Part shown: positions 1 through 8,954 of the stretch, piece after piece | How positions within the stretch are numbered: the stretch's first letter is position 1 | Layout: the number at the start of each line of letters is the position of its first letter | Assembly (NCBI GenBank): GCA_963704905.1 | Contig: CAVPHZ010000001.1 | Coordinates: forward strand, 1,089-65,088 | Source: Candidatus Chisholmbacteria bacterium | GTDB taxonomy: Bacteria; Patescibacteriota; Microgenomatia; UBA1400; Chisholmbacteraceae | DNA length: 64,000 bases | Direction of reading: 5' to 3' | The notes under the pieces: model-generated | Told to the model about the DNA's origin: nothing | Seen by the model: the letters and a program-made list of their open reading frames with translations, nothing else | The model's database searches: none | Program-made: the position numbers and the translations under genes

Positions 1-1732
1 TTTTGGCATTTATTTTTTTAATATCCTCTGGAAAATCGATTGCTTCGAGTATCTGTACCTCACCCGAGTTGGCGTCTACTTCAACTAGGTCATTGTCTGC
101 TAGGACCTTAGTAGCATTTTTAGTAGCAACTATGCATGGGATATTAAATTCTCTAGAAACAATAGCTGCATGACATGTCACCCCACCTTCATCTGTTACT
201 ATAGCTACAGCTTTACGAATAGCTATCATATAGTCTGGAGTCGTCATTTTGGCGACCAAAACATCGCCTTTTTTCACCTTTTCTAGTTCAGAAAGTTTAT
301 TAATAACCTTAACTTTACCAGTTACTTTTCCTCTACATGCTACATTACCCTTAATTACTCTTTTCAGTGAACTGGTTGGAGACACAATATTAAACCTCTC
401 TATAGCTTCGATGATTTTGTCTCCACCAATTATTGTTTTTATTTTTCCGTTGAACATTAGAAAAGCCCATCCCTTTTCTCGAGCTTTTACTTTCTTATGA
501 ATACTCTTTTTAGAAACATCTCCCAGCAGTCCTTTGATTATTTCCTTATGGGAAAGTTGTTTTACCTGTCTTTTTGTTAAGCCCAAGCGAGCACCAGCCT
601 CGTAAAACATTGGTAAATGGTAGTAGTGAGCCTGACAAATTGTATCTTTTCGATAAATTCTTAAATGAATGTATTCCTGTAAAAACTTAACCTGCTCTCG
701 AAGCGACCTGGTTGCTTTTATTTTCTTGAAAGCTTTTTCTAACTTAAGGTTGAAATGTCTTTCCTGGCTTTTTAATCTATTCTGCTCTTTTTTTGGATCA
801 TCAACGTTGTCAACAATATTTTTTATCTCTTCCTTAAAGTACTCTCTGGTAAGTGGTTTGTGAAAGATACTCCATAGCGAAAGCCAACAATACTTCTCTG
901 TGTGTTTATTAATTAATCTTTTAGCTTTGGCATTGAAACCATTTGTCTTTACATACGAGGCAATAACTAGAGCGTCATCTCGTTCTTGGTTAGTTAGAGC
1001 TGCTGGGGATAAAAGAAGTTCGAAAATTTTTTTATCCTTTACCTTGTGCTTAATTTTTTCCTCAAAGTGTCTTTCTATTCCATGTGGAACAGTAACGAAT
1101 GGAAACACTGCTACATAGTGTTTATAAAACCTTTTTAATTGTTTTACCAATGCTTGATTGTCTAACTTTTTTACATCGGTCTGATAAATAACTTTAGAAA
1201 TCTCAACAAGTTTGTCACAAGTTGTTTTACATAGAGCAATATCCTTGGATGCAAAGTTTGGATCAGAGTCTATTAGGTCGGCAATTGCTCTTCCTAAATC
1301 ATGAAGTTCTTTTTTGGAATAATATACTCCGTGGGTAAATTCATTTAACCAAAGGTTTTTAACAGATACTCCATAAATCTTCTTTAACTTATATTGGTTA
1401 GCTTCAGCTAGAGCTGAAGTAAATGAGTGTGATGTCTGTCGATTTAATATCTTCACCCAGTTGAATTTTGTCTCTTTTGTTAATTTCACTGAACCTTCAA
1501 TTATGTCTTCCAAAGCATTGAAATGCTTATAATCCCTATTTAATCGATAAAACTTAAATTTGCCTTTGACCTCGGCATTTACTATTTTTTGTTTTTCCAA
1601 AGTCATTAATGCACGATAGACAGAGTTAGGGTATAAGGACGAAAATCTCACCAGCTCATTTATGTAATAAGATTTGGCTGGATTATTAAACAATATACTT
1701 AATATCTTTTTAGAGGTTTTAGACAACTGCAT
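1..1732 (-). CDS. Winged-HTH + PEP-utilizing (swivelling phosphohistidine) domain fusion protein, 3' end runs off the window
   Basis: Hand translation from ATG at 1732: MQLSKTSKKILSILFNNPAKSYYINELVRFSSLYPNSVYRAL... to ...KMTTPDYMIAIRKAVAIVTDEGGVTCHAAIVSREFNIPCIVAT... No stop before the window edge, so it is missing from the ORF track. Confidence 0.85.
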   Translation of the reverse strand, partial: MQLSKTSKKILSILFNNPAKSYYINELVRFSSLYPNSVYRALMTLEKQKIVNAEVKGKFKFYRLNRDYKHFNALEDIIEGSVKLTKETKFNWVKILNRQTSHSFTSALAEANQYKLKKIYGVSVKNLWLNEFTHGVYYSKKELHDLGRAIADLIDSDPNFASKDIALCKTTCDKLVEISKVIYQTDVKKLDNQALVKQLKRFYKHYVAVFPFVTVPHGIERHFEEKIKHKVKDKKIFELLLSPAALTNQERDDALVIASYVKTNGFNAKAKRLINKHTEKYCWLSLWSIFHKPLTREYFKEEIKNIVDNVDDPKKEQNRLKSQERHFNLKLEKAFKKIKATRSLREQVKFLQEYIHLRIYRKDTICQAHYYHLPMFYEAGARLGLTKRQVKQLSHKEIIKGLLGDVSKKSIHKKVKAREKGWAFLMFNGKIKTIIGGDKIIEAIERFNIVSPTSSLKRVIKGNVACRGKVTGKVKVINKLSELEKVKKGDVLVAKMTTPDYMIAIRKAVAIVTDEGGVTCHAAIVSREFNIPCIVATKNATKVLADNDLVEVDANSGEVQILEAIDFPEDIKKINAK

Positions 1733-1848
1733 AAAAGTCTTATCATTATACAATGATATTGTATAATATCAAATTATGAAGCGAATAGGAAATTATGGTG
1801 AAAAACCTGCTGAATTTCCTGGACTGCACTCTTAAAACTTTCAACCAG

Positions 1849-1878
1849 GGTGTTCGAAATAACTAAACGTGGGGTCAC
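1849..1878 (+). repeat. Array-1 site A: tRNA-3'-end-like putative att site
   Basis: GGTGTTCGAAATAACTAAACGTGGGGTCAC, identical to 5576-5605. Confidence 0.9.
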
Positions 1879-1887
1879 GATGAATTT

Positions 1888-1916
1888 ATAAAAGAGCCGT
1901 ACATCGGCTCTTTTAT
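1888..1916. terminator. Intrinsic terminator-like hairpin following site A
   Basis: ATAAAAGAGCCG-TACAT-CGGCTCTTTTAT perfect inverted repeat with A/T tails. Confidence 0.8.
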
Positions 1917-2011
1917 GTTATTAGTATTCTAACGAATGTTCTTTACATACTCTCAGCTTTTTCTCAGATATTATTTGTATCCTTGGGTTTGTTAAATCAA
2001 AAAGGAGTTAT

Positions 2012-2347
2012 ATGGCTGAAAAAAAGAAAGAAGAAATTGCCGAAAATGAAGTCAAAAAGACTAAGAAGAAATCAAATGCCAAGCTTTGGATCATTGGAAT
2101 ACTGATTGCGCTTTTAGCATTTGCTGGATTTAAGTTCTACAGCTTCCGGCAGGATACGAACAAGCGTTTTGAGGTTGCTCAACAACAACGGGATATTATG
2201 ATCGATTCGTGGAGAGAGCAAGGATTAAGTGATGAAGAGATCGAAGAGCGTTTAGAGAATTTCAGAAAAGATCGTAGCAGTGGAGATCGACCTCCTGGAG
2301 CTGGAATATTTCGCTTGTTTAGAGGTGGACGAGGTCCTGGAAGGTAA
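2012..2347 (+). CDS. Small single-TM membrane protein, first gene of ABC efflux operon
   Basis: AGGAG RBS; one hydrophobic helix; Gly/Arg-rich tail. Confidence 0.75.
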   Translation: MAEKKKEEIAENEVKKTKKKSNAKLWIIGILIALLAFAGFKFYSFRQDTNKRFEVAQQQRDIMIDSWREQGLSDEEIEERLENFRKDRSSGDRPPGAGIFRLFRGGRGPGR

Positions 2348-2349
2348 AT

Positions 2350-3600
2350 ATGATTTCAAGCTTAATTGATTTTGTTTCTCAGAGGATAAAGAATGTTATT
2401 ACTTGGTTCAAGAAAGCGTCACGCATTAAGCAAGTTGTTGTAATTGGTGTAGTTGTATTGGTCCTTTTTTTTGCGTATCGCAGTTTGAGTCAAGACACTT
2501 CTGAAGTTAGTTACCGCACAGAACCGGTTACCACAGATACTATTGTTAATATCATTTCTGAAACTGGAGAAATTTCCATCACTGGAAAAACTGATGTTTT
2601 GTCAACCATAACTGGGATTGTTGAAGAAGTGTATGTTGAAAATGGCGACGTGGTGCAGCGTGGACAGAGTTTATTTAAAGTAACAAGTACAGCAACCGAG
2701 GAAGAACGAGCCAAGGCTTATGCAGATTATACAAAGGCAAAAGCTGACTTTGGTACAGCTGAAGCGAATGAGTACAGCCTGCAAGCAGATATGTTTGAAG
2801 ACTGGGATGAATTTAAAGAGTTAGCGGAGAGTGATGATTATGAAGATATGAGCTCCGATAACCGTAATTTGCCTGAGTTTCATATCCCTGAAAAAGATTG
2901 GTTGGCATCTGAAGCTCAATACGTAAATCAAGAACAAGTGATTGCTCAGGCCAAAGCCAGTGTTAGTGAAACTTGGCTTGCTTATCAGGCAACTATTGAT
3001 GGTGTGGTGAAGTCAACTGCAAATGGAACGGTTGCAAATCTTGCGATCGCTTCTGGACGACATGTCGATAGCAGTTCAACGGCTTTGATGGTAACGAGCG
3101 ATGAGAGCGCATGGGTGGAGTTAGCGCTTAACGAAACGGACGTTGTTACTGTCGAAGCTGGCCAATCGGCAGTTGTTTCGGTTGATGCTTTGAAAGGACA
3201 AGAGTTTTCAGGAACAGTTGAGCGAGTAGATGAGGTTGGCACGGTCGAGTCCGGAGTGGTTACTTACAACGTTTACATCTCTCTGCCTGAAATTGATTCA
3301 TCTGTTAATCCGGGAATGACAGTGCAAGTGGATATTGAAACGCAAAAGAAAGAAAACGTCCTGGTTGCACCCAACAGCGCTATTGAACCGTATCAAGGTG
3401 GTAGGGCTGTGCAAGTTTTGGATGAGTCAACCGAAGAGTTACTTTACTACCCAATTGAGGTGGGCATTGTTGGACCAATAAACTCTGAAGTAATAAGTGG
3501 TTTGAAAGAAGGTCAGGAAATAGTAGTGAGCCAAACTGATAATGGAAGTGATGATCAAAGTAGTGGAGGTGGAATCTTCCCCGGTCCAGGTAGAAACTGA
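2350..3600 (+). CDS. Efflux periplasmic adaptor / membrane fusion protein (MacA/YknX-like)
   Basis: N-terminal TM, biotinyl-lipoyl halves (GIVEEVYVENGDVVQRGQ), beta-barrel PGMTV motif. Confidence 0.9.
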   Translation: MISSLIDFVSQRIKNVITWFKKASRIKQVVVIGVVVLVLFFAYRSLSQDTSEVSYRTEPVTTDTIVNIISETGEISITGKTDVLSTITGIVEEVYVENGDVVQRGQSLFKVTSTATEEERAKAYADYTKAKADFGTAEANEYSLQADMFEDWDEFKELAESDDYEDMSSDNRNLPEFHIPEKDWLASEAQYVNQEQVIAQAKASVSETWLAYQATIDGVVKSTANGTVANLAIASGRHVDSSSTALMVTSDESAWVELALNETDVVTVEAGQSAVVSVDALKGQEFSGTVERVDEVGTVESGVVTYNVYISLPEIDSSVNPGMTVQVDIETQKKENVLVAPNSAIEPYQGGRAVQVLDESTEELLYYPIEVGIVGPINSEVISGLKEGQEIVVSQTDNGSDDQSSGGGIFPGPGRN

Positions 3601-3609
3601 GGTAGGCTA

Positions 3610-4314
3610 ATGAAAACTAAAGATAAACAGCCAATCATCAACTTCAAAAATATTCGAAAAACGTATGTCACTGGACCAGTGACTTATGAAGCGTTGCGTG
3701 GAATTACTTTCAAGATCTTTGAAGGAGAGTTTGTTGCGATCATGGGACCGTCTGGTAGCGGAAAGTCGACGATTATGAACATCATTGGAGCTCTGGATGT
3801 TCCGACTTCCGGCCAGTATTTGTTAAAAGAAAAAGATATTTCTTCGTATGACGAGGATGATCTGTCTGAAATTCGCAATCAGGAAGTTGGTTTCGTATTT
3901 CAAACGTTTAATCTTTTACCCAGAACTACAGTGCTCAAGAATGTTGAGCGGCCCATGATGTATGCAGGTATTCCTGCTGATGATCGGAATAAAAGAGCCA
4001 TGGATACATTAAAGAATGTTGGCCTTGAAGATAAAGCTGATAATTTGTCCAATCATCTTTCAGGAGGACAGATTCAACGTGTGGCTATTGCTCGGGCTTT
4101 GGTTATGAATCCATCTATACTTCTGGCTGATGAGCCAACAGGTAATTTGGATAGCACAACAGCAAATGAAATTATGGAGTTTTTTGAAAAACTTAACAAC
4201 GCCGGGAGCACTATTGTGGTGATTACTCATGAAAAAGAGATTGCCGAATTTGCCAAGCGAATTATTTACGTCAAAGATGGAGTTATTGATACGGATAGGA
4301 AAAACAATAAATAA
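3610..4314 (+). CDS. ABC transporter ATP-binding protein (MacB/LolD-like)
   Basis: Walker A GPSGSGKST, LSGGQ signature, Walker B LLADEPTGNLD. Confidence 0.95.
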   Translation: MKTKDKQPIINFKNIRKTYVTGPVTYEALRGITFKIFEGEFVAIMGPSGSGKSTIMNIIGALDVPTSGQYLLKEKDISSYDEDDLSEIRNQEVGFVFQTFNLLPRTTVLKNVERPMMYAGIPADDRNKRAMDTLKNVGLEDKADNLSNHLSGGQIQRVAIARALVMNPSILLADEPTGNLDSTTANEIMEFFEKLNNAGSTIVVITHEKEIAEFAKRIIYVKDGVIDTDRKNNK

Positions 4315-4317
4315 ACT

Positions 4318-5502
4318 ATGGATTTTAAAGAACTCATCCTACTCGCATTAGACGCACTAAAGAGCAATTTGGTGAGAACTTCACTCACGATGCTAGGCAT
4401 CATTATCGGAATCGCTTCTGTGATTGCGATTATTTCTCTAGGAGAAGGGTCAACGGCTTCGATTGTCAGTGACATTTCTTCTCATGGAGCCAATGTAATT
4501 ACCGTTTCACCTGGTCTATCACAACGAGGTCCTGGTCAGAGTGCAGGAACTGTTACTACGTTAACGACAGATGACGGTGAAAGTATCAGCGAGCTTGAAA
4601 ATGTTGTGGCGGTTAGTGCCGTTGTTAATAAAAGTGAACAAATAGTGGCAAATGCAGAAGAAACGAATGCTTCTATTCGAGGGGTTGAAGAAACCTATGC
4701 AGAAATTCAGTCACTTGAGTTAACCAGCGGTTTATTTTTTGAAGCAGGTGACGTTGAGGGGATGTCCAGAGTTGTGGTGCTGGGTGATGAAATTGTAGAA
4801 GAATTGTTTGGGGAGGGAGCTGAAATTATTGGAGAGACTGTGAGGATCGATGCTCGAACTTTTAGAATTGTTGGAGTGGCTTATGAAGATTCAAGCGCCT
4901 ACATCCCACTAACAACTGCTCAAAAAGTGATGTTTGGCCAAGATCATGTTGATAGCATCAGCGTTGCAGTCACTTCTACAGAACTTGTTGAGTCGACGAT
5001 GTCTGTTATTGAAGAACTTTTATTACTTGAACATGAAATTGATGACCCAGAACTTGCCGATTTTAATGTGCGAAGCTCTCAAACATTTGTTGAAACAATT
5101 AGCAGCGTTACTGGAACGTTAACAACATTACTTTCTGGGATTGCTGCAATTTCTCTTCTTGTCGGTGGGATTGGAATCATGAATATCATGTTGGTAACGG
5201 TAACCGAACGGACCAAAGAAATTGGTTTGCTTAAAGCCATTGGCGCAAAAAGAAAAGATATCTTGACCCAATTTTTAATCGAGGCGATCGTGCTCACTAT
5301 GTTTGGGGGTTTAATCGGAATGCTTTTGGGTGGAGGGATTGCGTATGTTGCTTCTTCGGTTATGAACATTCCGTTTGTAGTGAGTATTTCTTCGGTTCTT
5401 TTGGCTTTTGGAGTTTCAGCTGGAGTGGGAATTACCTTTGGCTGGTATCCGGCTAACAAAGCTTCTCGTCTCAATCCCATCGATGCTCTACGCTATGAGT
5501 AG
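4318..5502 (+). CDS. MacB/FtsX-family ABC permease
   Basis: LTMLGIIIG, GGIGIMNIMLVTVTERTKEIG, PIDALRYE. Confidence 0.95.
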   Translation: MDFKELILLALDALKSNLVRTSLTMLGIIIGIASVIAIISLGEGSTASIVSDISSHGANVITVSPGLSQRGPGQSAGTVTTLTTDDGESISELENVVAVSAVVNKSEQIVANAEETNASIRGVEETYAEIQSLELTSGLFFEAGDVEGMSRVVVLGDEIVEELFGEGAEIIGETVRIDARTFRIVGVAYEDSSAYIPLTTAQKVMFGQDHVDSISVAVTSTELVESTMSVIEELLLLEHEIDDPELADFNVRSSQTFVETISSVTGTLTTLLSGIAAISLLVGGIGIMNIMLVTVTERTKEIGLLKAIGAKRKDILTQFLIEAIVLTMFGGLIGMLLGGGIAYVASSVMNIPFVVSISSVLLAFGVSAGVGITFGWYPANKASRLNPIDALRYE

Positions 5503-5575
5503 ACTAACTGAAATTTAAATTTGGTTTAAATATACTTCGAAGATCTTTAATTATTTCTATAAAATCACTTACTAA

Positions 5576-5605
5576 GGTGTTCGAAATAACTAAACGTGGG
5601 GTCAC
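5576..5605 (+). repeat. Array-1 site B
   Basis: 30/30 identical to site A. Confidence 0.9.
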
Positions 5606-5640
5606 TTCACATTCGTTCAGTGCAAGCATAAGGCAATTAT

Positions 5641-5664
5641 AAGAGCCGTACATCGGCTCTTTAT
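5641..5664. terminator. Terminator-like hairpin following site B
   Basis: AAGAGCCG-TACAT-CGGCTCTT, same stem and loop as 1892-1912. Confidence 0.8.
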
Positions 5665-5781
5665 CATCTGACTCAACTGTGGGTATATTAATTCTTTAAA
5701 AAAATTAAGTTATTGTTGATTTTGTGTTGCGAATAACTGCCTGTTATCCATAATTAATATATAATCAAAGTTGATAAAAAT

Positions 5782-6177
5782 ATGGACACATATAACTGGT
5801 ACTCACAATTAATCAAACCTTCCTGGGCACCACCTTCTTGGCTATTCGGACCAGTATGGACATTTCTTTATCTTTTGATAGCTGTTTCTTTTGGTAAAGT
5901 GTTTCTCTTAACGTTTCAAAAAAAAATATCGATTATTGTCGCCTTGCCTTTTATCCTGAACCTCATTTTTAATTTAGCCTTTACCCCTTTGCAATTTGGC
6001 TTGAGAAGCAATTCGCTGGCGTCCGTTGATATTCTGTTGGTTCTTGTAACGCTCATCTGGTCTATTGTTGCAATATATCCTCACGTTCGGTGGATTGCGT
6101 ATGTCCAAGTTCCTTACTTACTGTGGGTTTCGTTTGCAACTATATTGCAATTAGCTATTACTTACTTAAATAGATAA
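5782..6177 (+). CDS. tspO: TspO/MBR tryptophan-rich sensory protein
   Basis: WYSQLIKPSWAPPSWLFGPVWT and PYLLWVSFAT motifs. Confidence 0.9.
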   Translation: MDTYNWYSQLIKPSWAPPSWLFGPVWTFLYLLIAVSFGKVFLLTFQKKISIIVALPFILNLIFNLAFTPLQFGLRSNSLASVDILLVLVTLIWSIVAIYPHVRWIAYVQVPYLLWVSFATILQLAITYLNR

Positions 6178-6178
6178 T

Positions 6179-6577
6179 ATGATTGCCAAACTTTACTTCA
6201 TTGCGCTACCGGTATTTTTAGTAATCGACATGCTATGGCTGGGATTGGTGGCAAAGAATTTTTACGCCAAACAAATCGGGTTTTTGATGAAATCAGATAT
6301 CAACTACACAGCGGCAATTATTTTTTATTTACTTTTTGTCGGTGGTCTTGTGCTGTTCGTCATTTCTCCAGCAATTGAGAAGGGATCATGGTTACATGCT
6401 TTGACTTATGGGGCATTGTTTGGATTGATTACCTACGCAACTTATGACTTAACAAACTTAGCCACCATTAAGGACTGGCCATTTTTAGTAACTATGGTTG
6501 ACTTAATATGGGGAACGGTTCTTGCTGCTTCAGTATCTGGGATCAGTTATTTTATTGCTGATAAGCTTGGATTGTGA
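6179..6577 (+). CDS. DUF2177 family membrane protein
   Basis: DMLWLG, YATYDLTNLAT, DLIWG. Confidence 0.85.
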   Translation: MIAKLYFIALPVFLVIDMLWLGLVAKNFYAKQIGFLMKSDINYTAAIIFYLLFVGGLVLFVISPAIEKGSWLHALTYGALFGLITYATYDLTNLATIKDWPFLVTMVDLIWGTVLAASVSGISYFIADKLGL

Positions 6578-6628
6578 AAAATATATTCTTGATGTAATTA
6601 AATTGCAGCGATTTTGAACTAAAGCAAC

Positions 6629-7405
6629 TCATCTTTTAGGAGGCAGAGGAATCAACAAACTCGTTTTTCTTCTGTACTCTTGATACTTCACATTTTCAAC
6701 ATATTTCTGATCATACTTTTTTTCCAGTAGAGGAATTCCACTTACAAACATTAAAATATACGTGATAAAGATTGGACCGATTATTGTCAACCAAGCCAAT
6801 CCTTGTAATGTTGGCATGACAATAAGGTAAATACCCCACCAAACAAGCATCTCCCCAAAGTAATTCGGATGTCTCGAATATTTCCATAACCCCGATTGAA
6901 TCCACATATCTTTGTTCTTTGGATTGCTTTTGAATTTAAACTTCTGTCCGTCAGCAATTGATTCAAGTAATAATCCCATTAACCACACAATCATTCCCAT
7001 AATCATAATGGAACTGACTGGGATGCTATCAGATTGAGTGAGTATCAATATTGCAGGTAGCATGATTATCCAGACTGCTATCCCTTGAAATACCCAAAAC
7101 TGTAAGAAAGACAACAAATTTTCCCTCTTGTCGTCAAAACGACTATCCTTTTTAATTCTTAAAATCCGTATAACAAGGTAGGATATCAATCTTATTGCCC
7201 ATATGATTATCATCAATGTAATGAGTATTTGAATTGGAAAATAGGTTTGGTTGGTAAAGTTCAAAAAAAGTGCAAGTATAATGAAAGTTATGCCATAGGT
7301 AAAATCGGTAAACTTATCAGTTTTTAGAGCAAAGGCAACAATAAAAAACAAAAGGTTAATGCCCAAACTCAAGGCAAATGTAAGACTATATGGATTCATG
7401 AACAT
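6629..7405 (-). CDS. DUF1295 / steroid 5-alpha-reductase-like membrane protein
   Basis: ESIADGQKFKFK, GLWKYSRHPNYFGE. Confidence 0.9.
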   Translation of the reverse strand: MFMNPYSLTFALSLGINLLFFIVAFALKTDKFTDFTYGITFIILALFLNFTNQTYFPIQILITLMIIIWAIRLISYLVIRILRIKKDSRFDDKRENLLSFLQFWVFQGIAVWIIMLPAILILTQSDSIPVSSIMIMGMIVWLMGLLLESIADGQKFKFKSNPKNKDMWIQSGLWKYSRHPNYFGEMLVWWGIYLIVMPTLQGLAWLTIIGPIFITYILMFVSGIPLLEKKYDQKYVENVKYQEYRRKTSLLIPLPPKR

Positions 7406-7439
7406 GGCTATACTTTAACAAAAACCTAGGGAAAATAAT

Positions 7440-7871
7440 ATGCGACTATGGAGTCTACATCCTAAATATCTTGATACTCAAGGCCTAGTTGCTGTATGGA
7501 GAGAAGGATTGCTGGCAAAAAAGGTGTTGGAAAGAAAAACTAAAGGTTATACTAAACATCCTCAACTGATTAGATTTAAAAAGCATCCATTCCCTTTAAA
7601 AGCCGTTGATCATTACTTGATTTATATATTCTATGAATCTGAAAATAGAGGTTTTCATTTTAGGCGGAGTAAAGTTGAAAAAGCACAAGATAAAATTAAT
7701 ACAATAACAGTTACTTCAGGTCAAATTGAATACGAGTTTAATCATTTAAAGAAGAAGTTAAGTCAAAGAAACCCTATTTTGTATAAAAATCTACTTATGA
7801 CTAAAAATATCGACACCCATCCTCTATTTGAGGTTATTAAGGGCAATGTCGAAACGTGGGAAAAAATATAA
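7440..7871 (+). CDS. Pyrimidine-dimer DNA glycosylase / T4 endonuclease V-like protein
   Basis: MRLWSLHPKYLD..GLVAVWREGLLAKKVL..GY..HPQL. Confidence 0.85.
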   Translation: MRLWSLHPKYLDTQGLVAVWREGLLAKKVLERKTKGYTKHPQLIRFKKHPFPLKAVDHYLIYIFYESENRGFHFRRSKVEKAQDKINTITVTSGQIEYEFNHLKKKLSQRNPILYKNLLMTKNIDTHPLFEVIKGNVETWEKI

Positions 7872-7970
7872 ATGCTAAAGATATTATTAGAAGTAGTTTG
7901 AAATAAAGTAATAGCTTGAGTGAAACAATCATTGCAAGCTTTTAATTATTACGAATATTTCTATAACTAA

Positions 7971-8000
7971 AGTGTTCGATATTATTAAACGTAGGGTCAC
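7971..8000 (+). repeat. Array-1 site C
   Basis: AGTGTTCGATATTATTAAACGTAGGGTCAC, 25/30 identical to site A. Confidence 0.85.
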
Positions 8001-8054
8001 TTGTTAATTTTGTGAAGTTCAGTGAATGGTGTTCAAGGTTATTCATAGGTTAGA

Positions 8055-8594
8055 TTATGACTTTAACTTTGTGGAATATTTTTCTTTTAAAGCTTTGAGT
8101 TTTGGCGAAATGACGAACGTGCAGTACGCAGCAGACGAATTATTAATATAGTAATTCTGGTGATACTCCTCCGCTTTAAAAAACTCTGTTAAGGGTACTA
8201 TTTGGGTGACAATTTTATCCTTATATTCTCCGCTCGCGCTCAACTCTTTTAGCAGCTTATTTGCAATATCTTTCTGCTCGTCATTAATATAGAGAATTAT
8301 TGATCGATATTGTGTTCCAGTATCAGATCCTTGCCTGTTTATAGTGGTGGGATCATGTGAATGCCAGAATATATCCAGAAGATCTCTGTAGGAGATCATT
8401 TGGGGATCAAATTCTATACGAACCGTCTCTGCATGTCCGGTGTCCGTATTGCTAACTTGATCATAGGTCGGATTGTTTACTGACCCACCAGCATAACCGG
8501 GAGTCACTGATATGACACCTTTTATCTGCTGGAAGATTGCTTCTGTGCACCAAAAACAGCCTCCTCCAAATACAGCAATTTGTTTATTTTTCAT
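8055..8594 (-). CDS. msrA: Peptide-methionine (S)-S-oxide reductase
   Basis: GGGCFWC active site, AEEYHQNYY. Confidence 0.95.
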   Translation of the reverse strand: MKNKQIAVFGGGCFWCTEAIFQQIKGVISVTPGYAGGSVNNPTYDQVSNTDTGHAETVRIEFDPQMISYRDLLDIFWHSHDPTTINRQGSDTGTQYRSIILYINDEQKDIANKLLKELSASGEYKDKIVTQIVPLTEFFKAEEYHQNYYINNSSAAYCTFVISPKLKALKEKYSTKLKS

Positions 8595-8952
8595 CCTTAC
8601 CAATAAACTTCAGAGACATTGAATTGACGCAGTGACGAGTATTCTTGGGTGTATCACCTTCACCTTCAAAAACATGACCTAAGTGCGCACCGCATGAATT
8701 ACAGGTAATCTCAGTTCTGCGACCATCAGCATCTAGAGTTCGTTTTACTGCATCGTCTATTTCTTGATCAAAGCTAGGCCATCCGCAGTGTGCGTCAAAT
8801 TTATCTGAAGAATTATATAGTGGAGCATCACATTGCTTGCATACATAGACCCCATCCTCAAAAAATTCGTCGTACTTTCCCGTGAAGGGGGCTTCCGTGC
8901 CCTTGTCGATAATCACTCTTTTTTCTTCTTCAGTTAATTGATTTACTTTCAT
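8584..8952 (-). CDS. msrB: Peptide-methionine (R)-S-oxide reductase
   Basis: CGWPSF, HLGHVF, RHCVNS, two CxxC. Confidence 0.95.
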   Translation of the reverse strand: MKVNQLTEEEKRVIIDKGTEAPFTGKYDEFFEDGVYVCKQCDAPLYNSSDKFDAHCGWPSFDQEIDDAVKRTLDADGRRTEITCNSCGAHLGHVFEGEGDTPKNTRHCVNSMSLKFIGKDEK

Positions 8953-8954
8953 GT

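Noticed and set aside
249-1118. Short + strand ORFs at 249, 669 and 900
   Set aside because: Antisense shadows of the long minus-strand ORF 1-1732.
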